From: Podarcis melisellensis
Lineage: Eukaryota
Assembly (NCBI GenBank): GCA_964234715.1
Contig: OZ174279.1
Reading direction: 5' to 3' (one strand)
DNA: 64,000 bases
Below are positions 26,307 through 37,810 of this stretch, piece after piece. A model generated the notes under the pieces. That model saw only the letters and a list, made by a program, of their open reading frames with translations. It searched no databases and was not told the DNA's origin. Made by a program: the position numbers and the translations under genes. Each line of letters starts with the position of its first letter. The stretch's first letter is position 1.

Positions 26307-26547
26307 CAGCGGTACCTCTAGTTATGAACTTAATTCGTTCCGGAGGTCCGTTCTTAACCTGAAACTGTTCCTAACAAGAGGTGTGCTTTTGCTAATGGGG
26401 CCTCTTGCTGCCGCTGCGCTACTGGCACACGATTTCCGTTCTCATCCTGGGGCAAAGTTCTCAACTCAAGGTAACTCTTCCAGATTAGCAGAGTTTGTAA
26501 CATGAAGCGTTTGTAACCTGAAGCGTTTGTAACTCGAAGTACCACTG
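26307..26547. mobile_element. Tc1/mariner-type MITE (same family, opposite orientation to 19542)
   Basis: TA|CAGCGGTACC...GTACCACTG|TA; internal sequence is the reverse complement of the 19542 copy. Confidence 0.86.
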
Positions 26548-28501
26548 TATTGCAAATGGGCTTTGCAGAGGCATCTGGCTTGGCCGCTGTGAGACCAGGA
26601 TGCTGGACTAAAGGGGCCACTGCCTGATCCAGCAGCCAGGCTCCTATGTTCTTACGTGTTTACACCAGGCCTGGCCAGCGCAGAGGCTGAAGATTGCCTG
26701 CTATACAGGGGCTGATGTGGCATATCCTTTATCCTTTCTGGTCCAAAAGGAAGGGCTAAAGTTAGCAGCCTCATACACTACACCATTTCACTAGGTTGGG
26801 CTCTGGCTTCTCCACACGAGGCCCCCTCAACCCTTGTTTCTTCCACTTACTGATGCTGCATACCCTCCAACACTCCTCAGATGAAAATAGGGACATTTCT
26901 CCCTCCCTCCCACTGACCCTCCTCACCCCCCCCATTGTTTGTGCCCCCTGCAGAGCAGTTCCACCACCACTACGCCAACAGCAGGGCACATGTATCCTCC
27001 ACCACCCTGAGAAAACCCCTTAATCCCGGTTTTATTTTATTCTTTGGTAAATTTACAAAAAGAAAAACACACACTAATAAATACATTTTAGAAAGGGGCA
27101 AGATTAGGTGCAGATGCACAAAGCATTTTTTTTAAGCAAGACTCCTTGTGCTCGGCTCCCCCTTACTCCCTGCCCTCTGCCTGCCCCTCAGAACTGGCCT
27201 TGGTGGCAGCAGCTTCTCCCGTCCTCCTCTCTCGCTTTCCATATCATAAAACCATTGGTGGTTTGGGGGGTTGGGAGTGGATGTGCCTTGAATTCAGTTA
27301 AAAAATTGTTCATGAGAATCCACCCTAAGTAGTTTTTTGGGACAAATTGGCTTTAGGTTATGGATGAATAATGCTGGCAACATTTTTAAAAAGATCTGTT
27401 CTGATGGTGCTGGTGTGGGAATGGAAATTTAAATGAAATGGTTGCATATTAGTCATGCAGCCAATCTATTCTTCTTGGCTCCCTGCTAACACCTGCTCAG
27501 TTGTAATATTCTTATGCTACCCACAACATTACCTGGAAAGAGTTCAACTTGCACACAAAGGAGTTAGATAAAATCTGCAACGAAAACCCCAGAGCAACCT
27601 CAGAAGCCCCCCCCCCCCTTCCCGGTAAAAGCACAATTTCATCTCACATCTTCAGCTTAGTTCCAACTCCAACCTTTCCCCCAAACTTTAGTTATGGATC
27701 CTTTGAAGAAATGATTGCTTCCTGCTGGTAGTCAGCCATGACCATTTTTTTCAGCTTCAATAAATAGCAAGATGCTATCTTACTCTCATCTTGCCACTGG
27801 TCCAAGGATGACTGTTGCCAAGTCCAAAACACTGAAACCGTTCTGAGCAGAAAAAGTAGGGAAATTGTTACAGTCGATTTTTGTTTTTGTTCCATAATTA
27901 GGCAGTTCTATGCTTTATTCTATTTATATTTCACCTTCTCCCAAGGGATCAGGGACTTATGATAGCATAAAGTATCAAAAGAGTTCCCAGTCCAAAAACT
28001 CATTACTTGAACATAGCAAAGCCGATCACTTCTCCCTTGGTCTTCCAAAATGCAGATCTTCATAAACCGTCCAGTCCTACTGGTGGAAGTTGCCAACTTC
28101 AGATTTCAAAAATTCTGCTACGCAGGCAGGACAACGGTGGGGCCCACATCAGGTCAAAGCCTGGATTCTGGTACAGGGTGAAGAAGCTGTCCAGGTGGTC
28201 ATTGGACTTGACTGTCCAGGGCAATTTCTTCAAACAATTTTTGTGACTTGTAGCTTTTCTGACCCAGTGGTAGTTAGCTCTACCCAAGTTGCCTTTAGAA
28301 TTAGTCCAGTGTAAGATGGATGTCCAAAACATAGATCAGATCCCAGAGGCTAAGAAAAATATACATATGCATAGTGTTTCACAGTGAGACCAGGATCTAA
28401 AATAATAATTTCCATCTTTACTGCACCTTGCTTGTTTGACCCTTGCAATGCGACACAAGTGAATTAATGTTCCATATTTGTCTTTCCCTTCTCTCCCTCA
28501 G

Positions 28502-28644
28502 AGTCAGACATGAGAAGACAGACACTGTTCGCTGCATTAAGTCCTGCCGACCAAATGACGTCAACTGCATGTTAGATCCAGTTCACACCATTTCCCACAC
28601 GGTCATTTCATTGCCCACATTCAGGGATTTCACGAGGCCTGAAG
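28502..28644 (+). CDS. FBLN1: Fibulin-1D exon 15
   Basis: ctcAG|...GAAG|GTaaa; [47 protein letters not shown]. Confidence 0.96.
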
Positions 28645-29174
28645 GTAAACGCTTTCCCTCACTCTGTAGAAGTAGCCTATGAGATAAACATCCCAGAAGC
28701 TCCACCTACAGAAAGAATTGCTAAGAGCCAAATGCATAGCAAGGCTGAGAAGGTCTGGTCTTCTGGGCAGCCCAGGACCTCCAGACCCATTGCTGGGTTT
28801 GCACCCCAGAGAGTCCCCCCCCCCCCAATGCCCCTGTTGCTGGAACGTAGCACAGCAGTCATATAGCAGGGGACCTATGCCTAAATTGCTTCCTTTTATG
28901 GTTTTATTTTATTTCAGGTATTAATATACTGTACTCCTTTTCAGGCTGACTTCAAAAAGCGATTTACATAATATTATTACAACAATAAGTATCAATGAAA
29001 TGGAAAAAATGTTGTAGAAGTTGTTGTTGTTTTACAAAAAACACAATAAAATTGAAAAGACCCTGAAGAGGCTGTAATGGCTTTTTCTCTCCTCCTCTCA
29101 GGGCAAGATGGTTCTGCAGAGTTGCAGATGATGGGGGGAGGGAATTAATTAACACACCTGTGCAGGTTCTAGGC

Positions 29175-29423
29175 CAGGGGGAGGCAACCTAAGGCCCGGG
29201 GACCGGATGCGGCCCAATCACCTTCTCAATCCAGCCCACGGATGGTCCGGGAATCAGCATGTTTTTACAGGAGTAGAATATGTGCTTTTATTTAAAATGC
29301 ATCCTGGGTTATTTGTGGGGCATAGGAATTCATTCATTCCCCTCCCCCAAATATAGTCTGGCCCACCACAAGCTCTGAGGGACGGTGGAGCGGCCCAGGG
29401 CTGAAAAAGGTTGCTGAGCCCTG
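29175..29423. mobile_element. hAT (Charlie/Buster-like) MITE
   Basis: CAGGG...CCCTG termini; perfect 8-bp TSD TTCTAGGC. Confidence 0.87.
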
Positions 29424-29685
29424 TTCTAGGCTGCAGGATGAGGCTCTGTCATTCCAGGGTCTTAGTACTCCTCTTGCAGTATTAAGTCACAGCTCCTGCC
29501 CTTCCACCCCAGCAAGACTTTTCTGTAAGTCTCATGAAGGAGAAGACAACCTGAAGTATAATCTTGCTTTCTTATTTCTCTGCTTTAACTTTTCTGATTT
29601 GCAGTTGCTGAATAGGTTGTACTGCAGTGATTTAAATGTTTTATTGTTGCCATTTTTAACTTACTTCCAATATCTTTCCCCTCAG

Positions 29686-29817
29686 AGATTATTTTCCTTC
29701 GAGCCATCACGCCAGCATACCCAGGCAACCAGGCAGACATCATATTTGACATCACCGAAGGAAATCTGCGGGATTCCTTTGACATCATCAAGCGCTACAT
29801 GGATGGCATCACTGTGG
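29686..29817 (+). CDS. FBLN1: Fibulin-1D exon 16
   Basis: ctcAG|...GTGG|GTgag; [44 protein letters not shown]. Confidence 0.96.
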
Positions 29818-30734
29818 GTGAGGAAAAAGTTCTCCTATTATTATTGAATTCAAGGGAATAATCAATAAACATTGGCTTATTGCATCCTTTATTAATTTTT
29901 ATTTATTTATACCCATTATATACACCTAGCCTTTAGGGTTACAAATCCTACAAGGCATCTTTCAAGCAAATTAAATAAATAAAAATGAAATCACAATATC
30001 AAATCAAATGATACTTTTTGCCTCCCCTGTTTGAAAAACAACGATATTTTTCTGTTCAGTGCCACCAAGTGAATGTATGGAGTACACAGGCAAAGCTGAA
30101 GAAGCTCAAGCATGTGTATCTCTTTCCTAAATTGTTGTAATATTGTTACTGAACAAAAACAACACAAGAAGCTGCATGGTGATCTGCAATTATCTAGAGA
30201 AGGAAAACCTGTGGCTGTCTAGATGTTGCCGCGATAAACCTCCAATCACTTCTGTTCATTGGTCATCCAGCCTGAGGATGATGGTGGGGTTAGCTATTGA
30301 GAAGCAATTGTATTTTAAATTGGATTTTTATGCTGTATATGTGTATTCTTAATTAATTGTGTATACCACACTTCATCCATAGATCTCAGGGCGGTCCACA
30401 GCATAAAAATACAAGATAAAAACACAAAACACACAATAAAGACAAGAACGAGAATGAAACAGTAACCCTCCCTAAGAGGCTTCAGTGTAAGCAATGCACA
30501 TATCTACTGAATGTGACTATTCCTACTAACGTTGTCGCTGCTGCTGCTGCTGGTATCTGGGCAGACCAGGCTGCTATTTTGTGCACATTGCAAGAGTTGG
30601 ACTAGTTATCTTGGTGATGGTCACATAACAAGAGTCCTTCTGTATTTTTGCTTTGAACTTATATGGATATTAGTTTCTTGAATAAATATTGCTAGAAGCT
30701 GCACTGGGGTGAAATAGCTGCCACACAGAGAGAG

Positions 30735-31003
30735 TTACAGATAGGTAGCCGTGTTGGTCTGCCATAGTCAAAACAAAAAAAATCCTTCCAGTAGCACCTT
30801 AAAGACCAACTAAGTTAGTTCTTGGTATGAGCTTGGTATGTATCTGAAGAAGTGTGCATGCACACGAAAGCTCATACCAAGAACTAACTTAGTTGGTCTT
30901 TAAGGTGCTACTGGAAGGAATTTTTTTTGTTTTGACTATGGCAGACCAACACAGCTACCTATCTGTAACTGGAACTATGGAAGGCACCACATTGAGCCGC
31001 ATG
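30735..31003 (+). mobile_element. Penelope-like element remnant with inverted terminal segment
   Basis: Near-perfect ~102-bp inverted arms; 12-bp direct repeat ACACAGAGAGAG at 30723 and 31004; contains a hammerhead motif. Confidence 0.78.
30840..30877 (+). ncRNA. Minimal type I hammerhead ribozyme motif (copy 1)
   Basis: GTAT-CTGAAGA-A-GTGTGC-AT-GCACAC-GAAA-GC-TC-ATAC: CUGAnGA and GAAA cores, stem I GUAU/AUAC, stem II 6 bp. Confidence 0.7.
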
Positions 31004-34000
31004 ACACAGAGAGAGGACCCTTTTGTAGCTCAGCCTGAAGGTGGCGCTGTTGGCTTTCCTGTCTTGTAGCAACCCAAATCCTTGTAACATAAATCTAGGT
31101 TTATTTCATAATTTATCGAGCAGAAATGTGAGGCTGCATGCCAAGAGGCAACATGTTAATGCAGGCTTATAAGCTCCCACGTCTTAAACAGAGTTTGTTG
31201 ATGAAAACGACAGTTAAATAACTGGAGGGTTGTTTTGTGTTTATGATAAAGATTATGTAAAAATGGTGGACGGGGTTCTTTGCTTTCCTTATTTATATGC
31301 TACTGGCCTGCTTTTTGCTGTGATGGGTGGGGCTCTTTATTGTATTGTGGTCAATGGAAGGACTTGTGGGTGCTCCTGGAGAAGAAGGTATTTCTCTCTG
31401 TGACCTGAACCTTGTCTCTCCTCACAGCATCTCTCTCAGGCTTCCCTCTCTTCACCAAGAGCACCCACAAGTCCAGGGCCTTAGCTTTTCCCACAGAAGT
31501 GAATGGCAACCATTCGCTTAAACAGGATAAAAAAGAGCTCCACACAGGATGCCAATCCCTACGCTTTGCCATCCCAAACCTTTGAAAACCAGGCCTGCTG
31601 TTATCTGCATGGCTTTGCAGAGCAGCCGGTGGCCCTCCAGGCTCAGGAACTGGAGCCCAACATCCGGAGGGGCACCAGGTTGGGCAATGCTGGGCTACGG
31701 CTTGAAACTTTTAGATACTGTTTAAAAATTGCCCCACGTTTCTGTCCAAAATTTGACATCCACAGTAGCTGATAACAACTGGAATAAAGCAGACAGAAAA
31801 ACTATAGTAAGGATCGAAGGACCAATTTCTCCAAAACTCCCCTGAGCTGCCAGCCAGGAAAAGAATCAAAGATGTCAGTAGCTGTCCTCCTTCCCTGGGA
31901 TGTACGATGGAGGTGCAGCTAGAGACTGAAAAAGCACTTTCACGCATGGCTGTCTGGCAAATTTCAGTCAGCAGCAGGAAAAGATGATCAGATCTCTGAT
32001 GCTGAGGGCAAGAGAAGCACATGGCATGGGAAGAGGCAGTTCTTACATCTTGAGTAGTTCTTTTTATCTGCATTAACCACTATAAATGGCACCCAAGGCA
32101 CCTGCACAAGTTGAAAATGAACAGCTCCTTCAGGTGACCCGTTTACTGAGCCTTTATCCTGATTTTATGCAGCAGTTATACAATGCCTGCTCTTTATTGA
32201 ACATCCATTCCAATTGGTTTGTTGGGAGATTATACATTTTACCATCAACCAATCATTTCCCCACGATACATTTTAATGCATTTCCTCCTCCCTTTTCTAA
32301 CTGTGGAAGGTGGTGGTGTGCTCTCCCCCAGTGGATTGCTGCACCAGAGTGCTTTAATCCACTTCAATTGCACAAACTGATATTGTCCAGAATGCAACTG
32401 AATCCTTCCTGAAAACCAGTAACAACCAGTACTTAAGAGTTACTAAAAGCCAACAATAAAAAGCAGCAGCCTGTTGAGTGAAAAATGCCCCACAAGCCAG
32501 ATCAGTCCACAGGAAACATCCTTAGAACACAAATGTCTTCGCCTGATGGCAAAATACTGTTCAAGGGCAGGGGAACAGGAGAGATTGGTTTCCTTGGGGA
32601 GTGCATTCCACGATGCGGATGCCACTTTGAAGAATGGCCACTCTGTGCCCTCCTCACTGAGCTCCCCTGGTTGAAAGAGGGGAACAAAGAGGAGCTTTGT
32701 AAGCCCAGATGACTATCATACCATTGGTTTACAATATATACCGATATGTAAACAGACATTTCAGGTTCTGTCTCATTGCTTTCTGCTGTATGAGGATCAC
32801 TCTTTGTTATTTTTGCTTAAATGGCTCAATCTCTTCGCCTGACAAGCTCCCCTTCCAGCTGGGGTTGCCAGGTCTCCCAAGCTCCGATGGTTAAAGTTCT
32901 GGAGCCTAACTAGGGAAGAAGGGGTGCAACACAGCAAATGGCCAGAGATATTGTCTTTGGGATCAGTGGGCAAAACCCCACCACATTTGGGGGCTCAGGG
33001 CAGAGCCTGATGGAAATGGGGTAGTAGATAGGGAACACCTATACAACTATGCTTGGCAAAATTATCTGTCTAGGTCGTCCATCCCCCCCCCCCCCCCAAT
33101 ATTCTAAGCTTTGGCACAGAAAACAGTTTCTGGGGCTAAGCCCTGGTGAATTTTGGCTGTGATTTATCTGTGCATTTATGATAATATGAAAGGCAAGGCC
33201 TTAAAGCCAAGCCCTCAAAATTTAGCTCCCTTTAGCCTAGGCTGGTGATGGTCACAATATACATGCTGTACCAGGCTGGGAAAGAACTAGACGTGCCGGA
33301 TTCTCCCGCTGATTTCTAAGCTTGGGTTCTGAGACCTGGCTGGCCCCTTTGCAAGGAGCCCCAAAGTTTAGCAGTTCATTCTGCAAGATATTCCTTGTAG
33401 CCTTAAATCACGGCTGAACCAGGGGAAAGGGTAAACAGAAGTAAAGCCTCAGCTTGTTCTCCTTAAGCCTTTTTACAGACTTTCTGCTACATACCTTTTT
33501 GTTTTGTTTAGTTCCGCCCCCCCCTCGTACCTTTTAACCAGCTGTCAGTGAAGAATTCGTTTTCAGCTTGTACAAAAAGGTCCTATTAAAGCCTGGGGTA
33601 TTAGAGAGCACTATGCAGCTTTCCCCCTCTGCTCTGTGTTGGGGTTCTGTAATACCACCTGTGTTCAGGCAGGGCATTCAACTGCAGGATGTTTTCTCTC
33701 CTCTCCCCCCCCCCCCCAACCAGGCACTTACACACTTACGTTTGGTTAATGGAAAATGAAACTTTTGCCCTTGAACATTGCTGTTAGTAGGAAACTTTTT
33801 CTGAAACCAACACCGTCAGGATATTATGATGGGGCTCACATTCGGAGAATGCCCCTATAGCAGGCATATGGCATTCTAGAAAAAGGAGATGTCAAGTGTG
33901 TTTTGGAACCCCTTTTCCCAGTGTTGCCGCAGCAATCAAACCCCAGGGCTCTTCCTGCTTCCTCTGATCCTGCCTCTTTTCACTGGGAAAACCTGCTTTT

Positions 34001-34929
34001 TACCACTGAATTGGATCAACGCTTGCTCCGATTCAGCGGTCAAGTGTGGCTATTCCCAGGGAAAAGAGGTGGGGCAAAAGGAAAACCACTCTGACCCATG
34101 CCTAGAAAGCAGGGGACATAGTGGTAAACCTCTCAAACTTGTGCTTTTTAGTGTAGACAGACAAATCCAAAATCGTATTAGGAGAGCATTTATCGAATGC
34201 AAGAGGAGACAGTGGCGAGTCAATGGTCCTCTACATCCACGGCCATCTGGTTTTGTGCCTTACTGTTCCAGGGTTCAGTTTAGGCACTAAAAACAGATAC
34301 TGGCACTGCGCCCTGATGTGCTCTGGCATAAATTAAGCCCTGCAATTAGCCTTATGAAAGCATAGCAAAATAATTATTCCTCTCTTCATCTGCATAGCCA
34401 GAACTGTGCATAGGTATTAACTCTGCAGAGAAGGCACAGAATAGAGAGTGGGATGCTGAACTGAAGCTGAGTCAAAGGGCTTCTTCACACTTAGCAGGCT
34501 TTGTGTCCAAGTGCTTTTTTCCCTTGCCCTGAGCTTTCCCCACAATGCACCACTTTTTACCACTGAATTGGAGCAAATGTCAGTTGAGGATTTCCACGGA
34601 TTCCCCTTTGCTCTGATTCAGCTTTAAAGACTGGGAAACTCTGGAGCAGAAAAGGGGTGCTTGGAAGTGGAGCTTTAACTAGCAGAACATGGCTGGAAAG
34701 AGCAGATCAAAGCTAAGTGTGACTAAGACCAAACTGGGGGCAAGACCTGCTTTGTTCTGTGGCATCGCCATTCCTAACGCGACCCCAAATTACCTGGAAT
34801 GCTTAAAAGATTGTGCTGCCAAAGCAGCTGATCATGGAGACAATAGTAAGGAATATGTATGAAAAATAGCACAAAATAGGTGAAATCCCCAAATATATTT
34901 GAACTGCATAATCTTGGAACAAAGGAAAT

Positions 34930-35187
34930 TGTTATGTACTAAGCTTGGATCCTAGAACAATAGGCAGGTAGGATCCTAGAATGCAACAACGGATTGGCTT
35001 GCGGGAGAAGACCAATCAGGCTCCAGGAGGAAGTTAATCAGCCAATCAGACGGGACTCATTGTGTAAATATGTATATAAAAGCCTGAGGTTTTTGTTTTT
35101 TGGGGGGGCGGGAATTCAATCACTCTTTTACAAGCTGCAATAAAGAGCATGAAATCACTGCACGACTCCCAGTATATTTCAGCAACA
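34930..35187 (+). mobile_element. Putative solo LTR
   Basis: TG start and CA end; CCAAT boxes, TATAAAA at 35075 and AATAAA at 35139 in U3-R order; no convincing TSD. Confidence 0.55.
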
Positions 35188-35769
35188 TAAGCATTACTTT
35201 CAGTGCATAAGATGCTGCTCATCTGAGCTTTTTTTAAATGTAATGCTAAGTAGTGGGGACCCATGATTTTCAACAGAACCACAGTTTGTGGAGGTTAAAT
35301 AACAACATTCTCTGCAATGTATCTTGGTCTCTTCACCTCCCCCCCAACCTACATTTAAAGGGTTTAAAGATGATGTAGAAGCCCCCTTCCCCAGTCTTAT
35401 TCTTGGAATTTGGTCAGGGATTAGAATGCACAGCAGCGGAAAAGGATTCGTTCTTCAGAAATTCTGGGCTCTCATCTCTAGGTAATGATGGAGGGATTGT
35501 GCAATGGCTTCCAGGCCCAATCCTCTGGATTAGCCCTTTATTTTCCTTGGTAAATTGAATCACACAGACGTGGCCTGGTGTGCACCATGGTGCGGCTTAT
35601 AGCCAAGAAATGGTCAAGGAGTGGTGCTTGCCACAGCCTTGGTGACATGAGTATGCTATTCAGTTATGAACAGGATCCTGCTCTCCCCCACCCTCCGCTC
35701 CCTCTCTTTGTGTCTCCCCTGAAACTAGAATTTGGGGCTACCCAGCTATATTGATTGGCAGTGGAATCA

Positions 35770-36065
35770 GGTAAAAATAAGCACTTCTTTACACAACGTG
35801 TGATTAGTTTGGATGGTCCACAGCTGTGAGATGTGGCAGTGGTGATGAGGTTCTTTAAAAAGGATAGGTCTATCAATGGATATTAGCTATGACAGATGGA
35901 ACCTCCATGTTCAGAGGTAGTAGAGCTGAATACACTGTCAAAAAGACGTGGGTGTTGCCTTTATGCCTTTCCTGTAAACTTCCGAAATAGTCAACCTGAC
36001 CACCGTTCAAAAATAACACTGGACTAGATGGGCCTTTGGCCAATCCAGCAGTTTTTATGTTCCCA
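35770..36065 (+). mobile_element. Old CR1 3' end
   Basis: CACTTCTTTACACAACG...CTGGACTAGATGGGCC...ATCCAGCAG tail; related pieces at 14503-14760 (-) and 26560-26655 (+). Confidence 0.55.
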
Positions 36066-36312
36066 TGTACTGTGCCAAAGCTGAAATGACACTAAATAAT
36101 GTGCAGCAAGGCTGTGTCTTTAAGGTGCCACAAGATTCTTTGCAATACGTGCAGTGTGGTTTGAACTCTCCAAATTCCATATTCAGCGTAAGGCTAATGT
36201 TCCATCAGCACAAGGATTTTTCTTGTGTTGTGTAATTTTCTCCCTCTCTCCTCTCCCCACGTGCCCGCTTAATCTGTTCTTGCACCCTCCAGAGCAGATT
36301 TAGAGATGGCGT

Positions 36313-36523
36313 CAGTGGCATAGCGTGGGTTGTCAGCACCTGGGGCAAGGCAAGTAATTTGCACCCCCTAACCCGTGGATTTGCACCCCCTAACCCGTGG
36401 ATTTGCACCCCCTAACCCGTGGATTTGCGCCCCCTAACCCATGGATTTGCACCCCCTAACCCTAACCCCCAGATGTTGCGCCCGGTGCGGCCGGCCCCCC
36501 TGCACCCCCACGCTACGCCACTG
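36313..36523. mobile_element. hAT-type MITE with internal minisatellite
   Basis: 17-bp TIRs CAGTGGC(A/G)TAGCGTGGG; perfect 8-bp TSD GATGGCGT. Confidence 0.9.
36357..36468. repeat. 22-bp minisatellite, about 5 units (ATTTGCACCCCCTAACCCGTGG)
   Basis: Units start at 36357, 36379, 36401, 36423, 36445. Confidence 0.95.
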
Positions 36524-37369
36524 GATGGCGTGGGGGGCAGGAGGAGGGGAAGTCCTGTTGCACTAGTGGGAATCCTTGCACTGGCTTCCACTAGCGGTAT
36601 GATTCAGTTGAATATGGCCCAACACATTTTTATTAAGTATGTCCCAATTAGTGCAACCAAACTAACCAAAGCAAAATATTTCACGGTATGGTGAAGAAAA
36701 TTAGTAAATCCAGAAAGCTGAGTGAGACATGAATGCAAACACAAATGCTGCATTAAGAGCGTTGTCCCATCTAATTGACATGGTCTGTGTGTGCTAAGAT
36801 GTCAGAGTCCACTTTTGGCACAAGAAGGAAACAGGGGTCTGCAACATCAACTGATGCAATTGGCAGCTAACATTTAGCCTTTTGGTTGGCCAGTTTTTCC
36901 CGAATAGGTTCCTGGCTCCTGCTTTTGTATAGTTCAAGTGATCTGCTTGCTTCACTTCAGATCTAGTGGCCTCGGGGATCCTGTGCTGGATTCCAGGTCT
37001 AGATTCTGGGAGGATGCTCTGCAGCTCCGCATATTGCCAGCTCAGGAGTATTTGCGAGGAATGAGTTAAACAACCGAATGGCTCTTTTAAGTTTAAGATG
37101 CAAGGTTATTAGCAAACTGGCTAAGTGATACAAAATACAAGCAGAAACCAGACATGAAGGTGAACTGCCTGAGGGGCTGACATATTTTGAAGGCGGGCAA
37201 GAGGGAGGGAAATGTAATTATATCTTACAGCAACATAAATGAGCCAAAAGAATACCTTCAGCATCTGTCTGCAGTACCAGAAATCCCGATGAGGAGAAGA
37301 GTGAGAAGACAAACAATGCTAAGTTTAAAACCAGTGCCCTCCTAGCACTTGCAACAAGTAATGTTAGAT

Positions 37370-37810
37370 AATCTCTATATTTTCCCCATTCTTTTTGGAA
37401 TTTTTGTTTAGATCATCCCCTAATTGTACCTGTCATTTTGGCCAATTCAAGGTAATCAATAATTTATCTTGCCTCTCTTTTTTTGTTGGTACTATCTCTT
37501 TTTTCCAATTAAGATTCTCGCTACTGATGTTGCATACAGGAATATTCTCTTATTTTCATTTGCAATGTTGGAGTCTAATATGCCCAGCAGAAAAGCTTCT
37601 GACTTTTTTTTTTAATAAAGGTTTGTTTAAATATTTTCTTCAGGTTATCATATACCATATCCCAGAAGCTCTTAATTTTATTACAGGTCCACCACATGTG
37701 TAGCAGCGTCCCCTCTGCTTGATTACACCTCCAACACATTTTGGATTTTGTTTTATACATCTTGAATATTTTGCTAGGTGTTATGTACCATCTATAAAAC
37801 ATCTTTAGAA
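37370..37810 (-). mobile_element. L1-clade LINE ORF2 C-terminal fragment
   Basis: RWYITP..CWRC.....LLHMWWTC CCHC knuckle typical of squamate L1. Confidence 0.8.

Noticed and set aside
33880-34730. Two related imperfect palindromes (CCACTGAATTGG...GATTCAGC)
   Set aside because: Probably old Harbinger-like MITEs; boundaries and TSDs could not be fixed
36357-36468. CRISPR-like array or true interstitial telomere
   Set aside because: Eukaryotic DNA, no unique spacers, only two contiguous CCCTAA hexamers, and it lies inside a MITE
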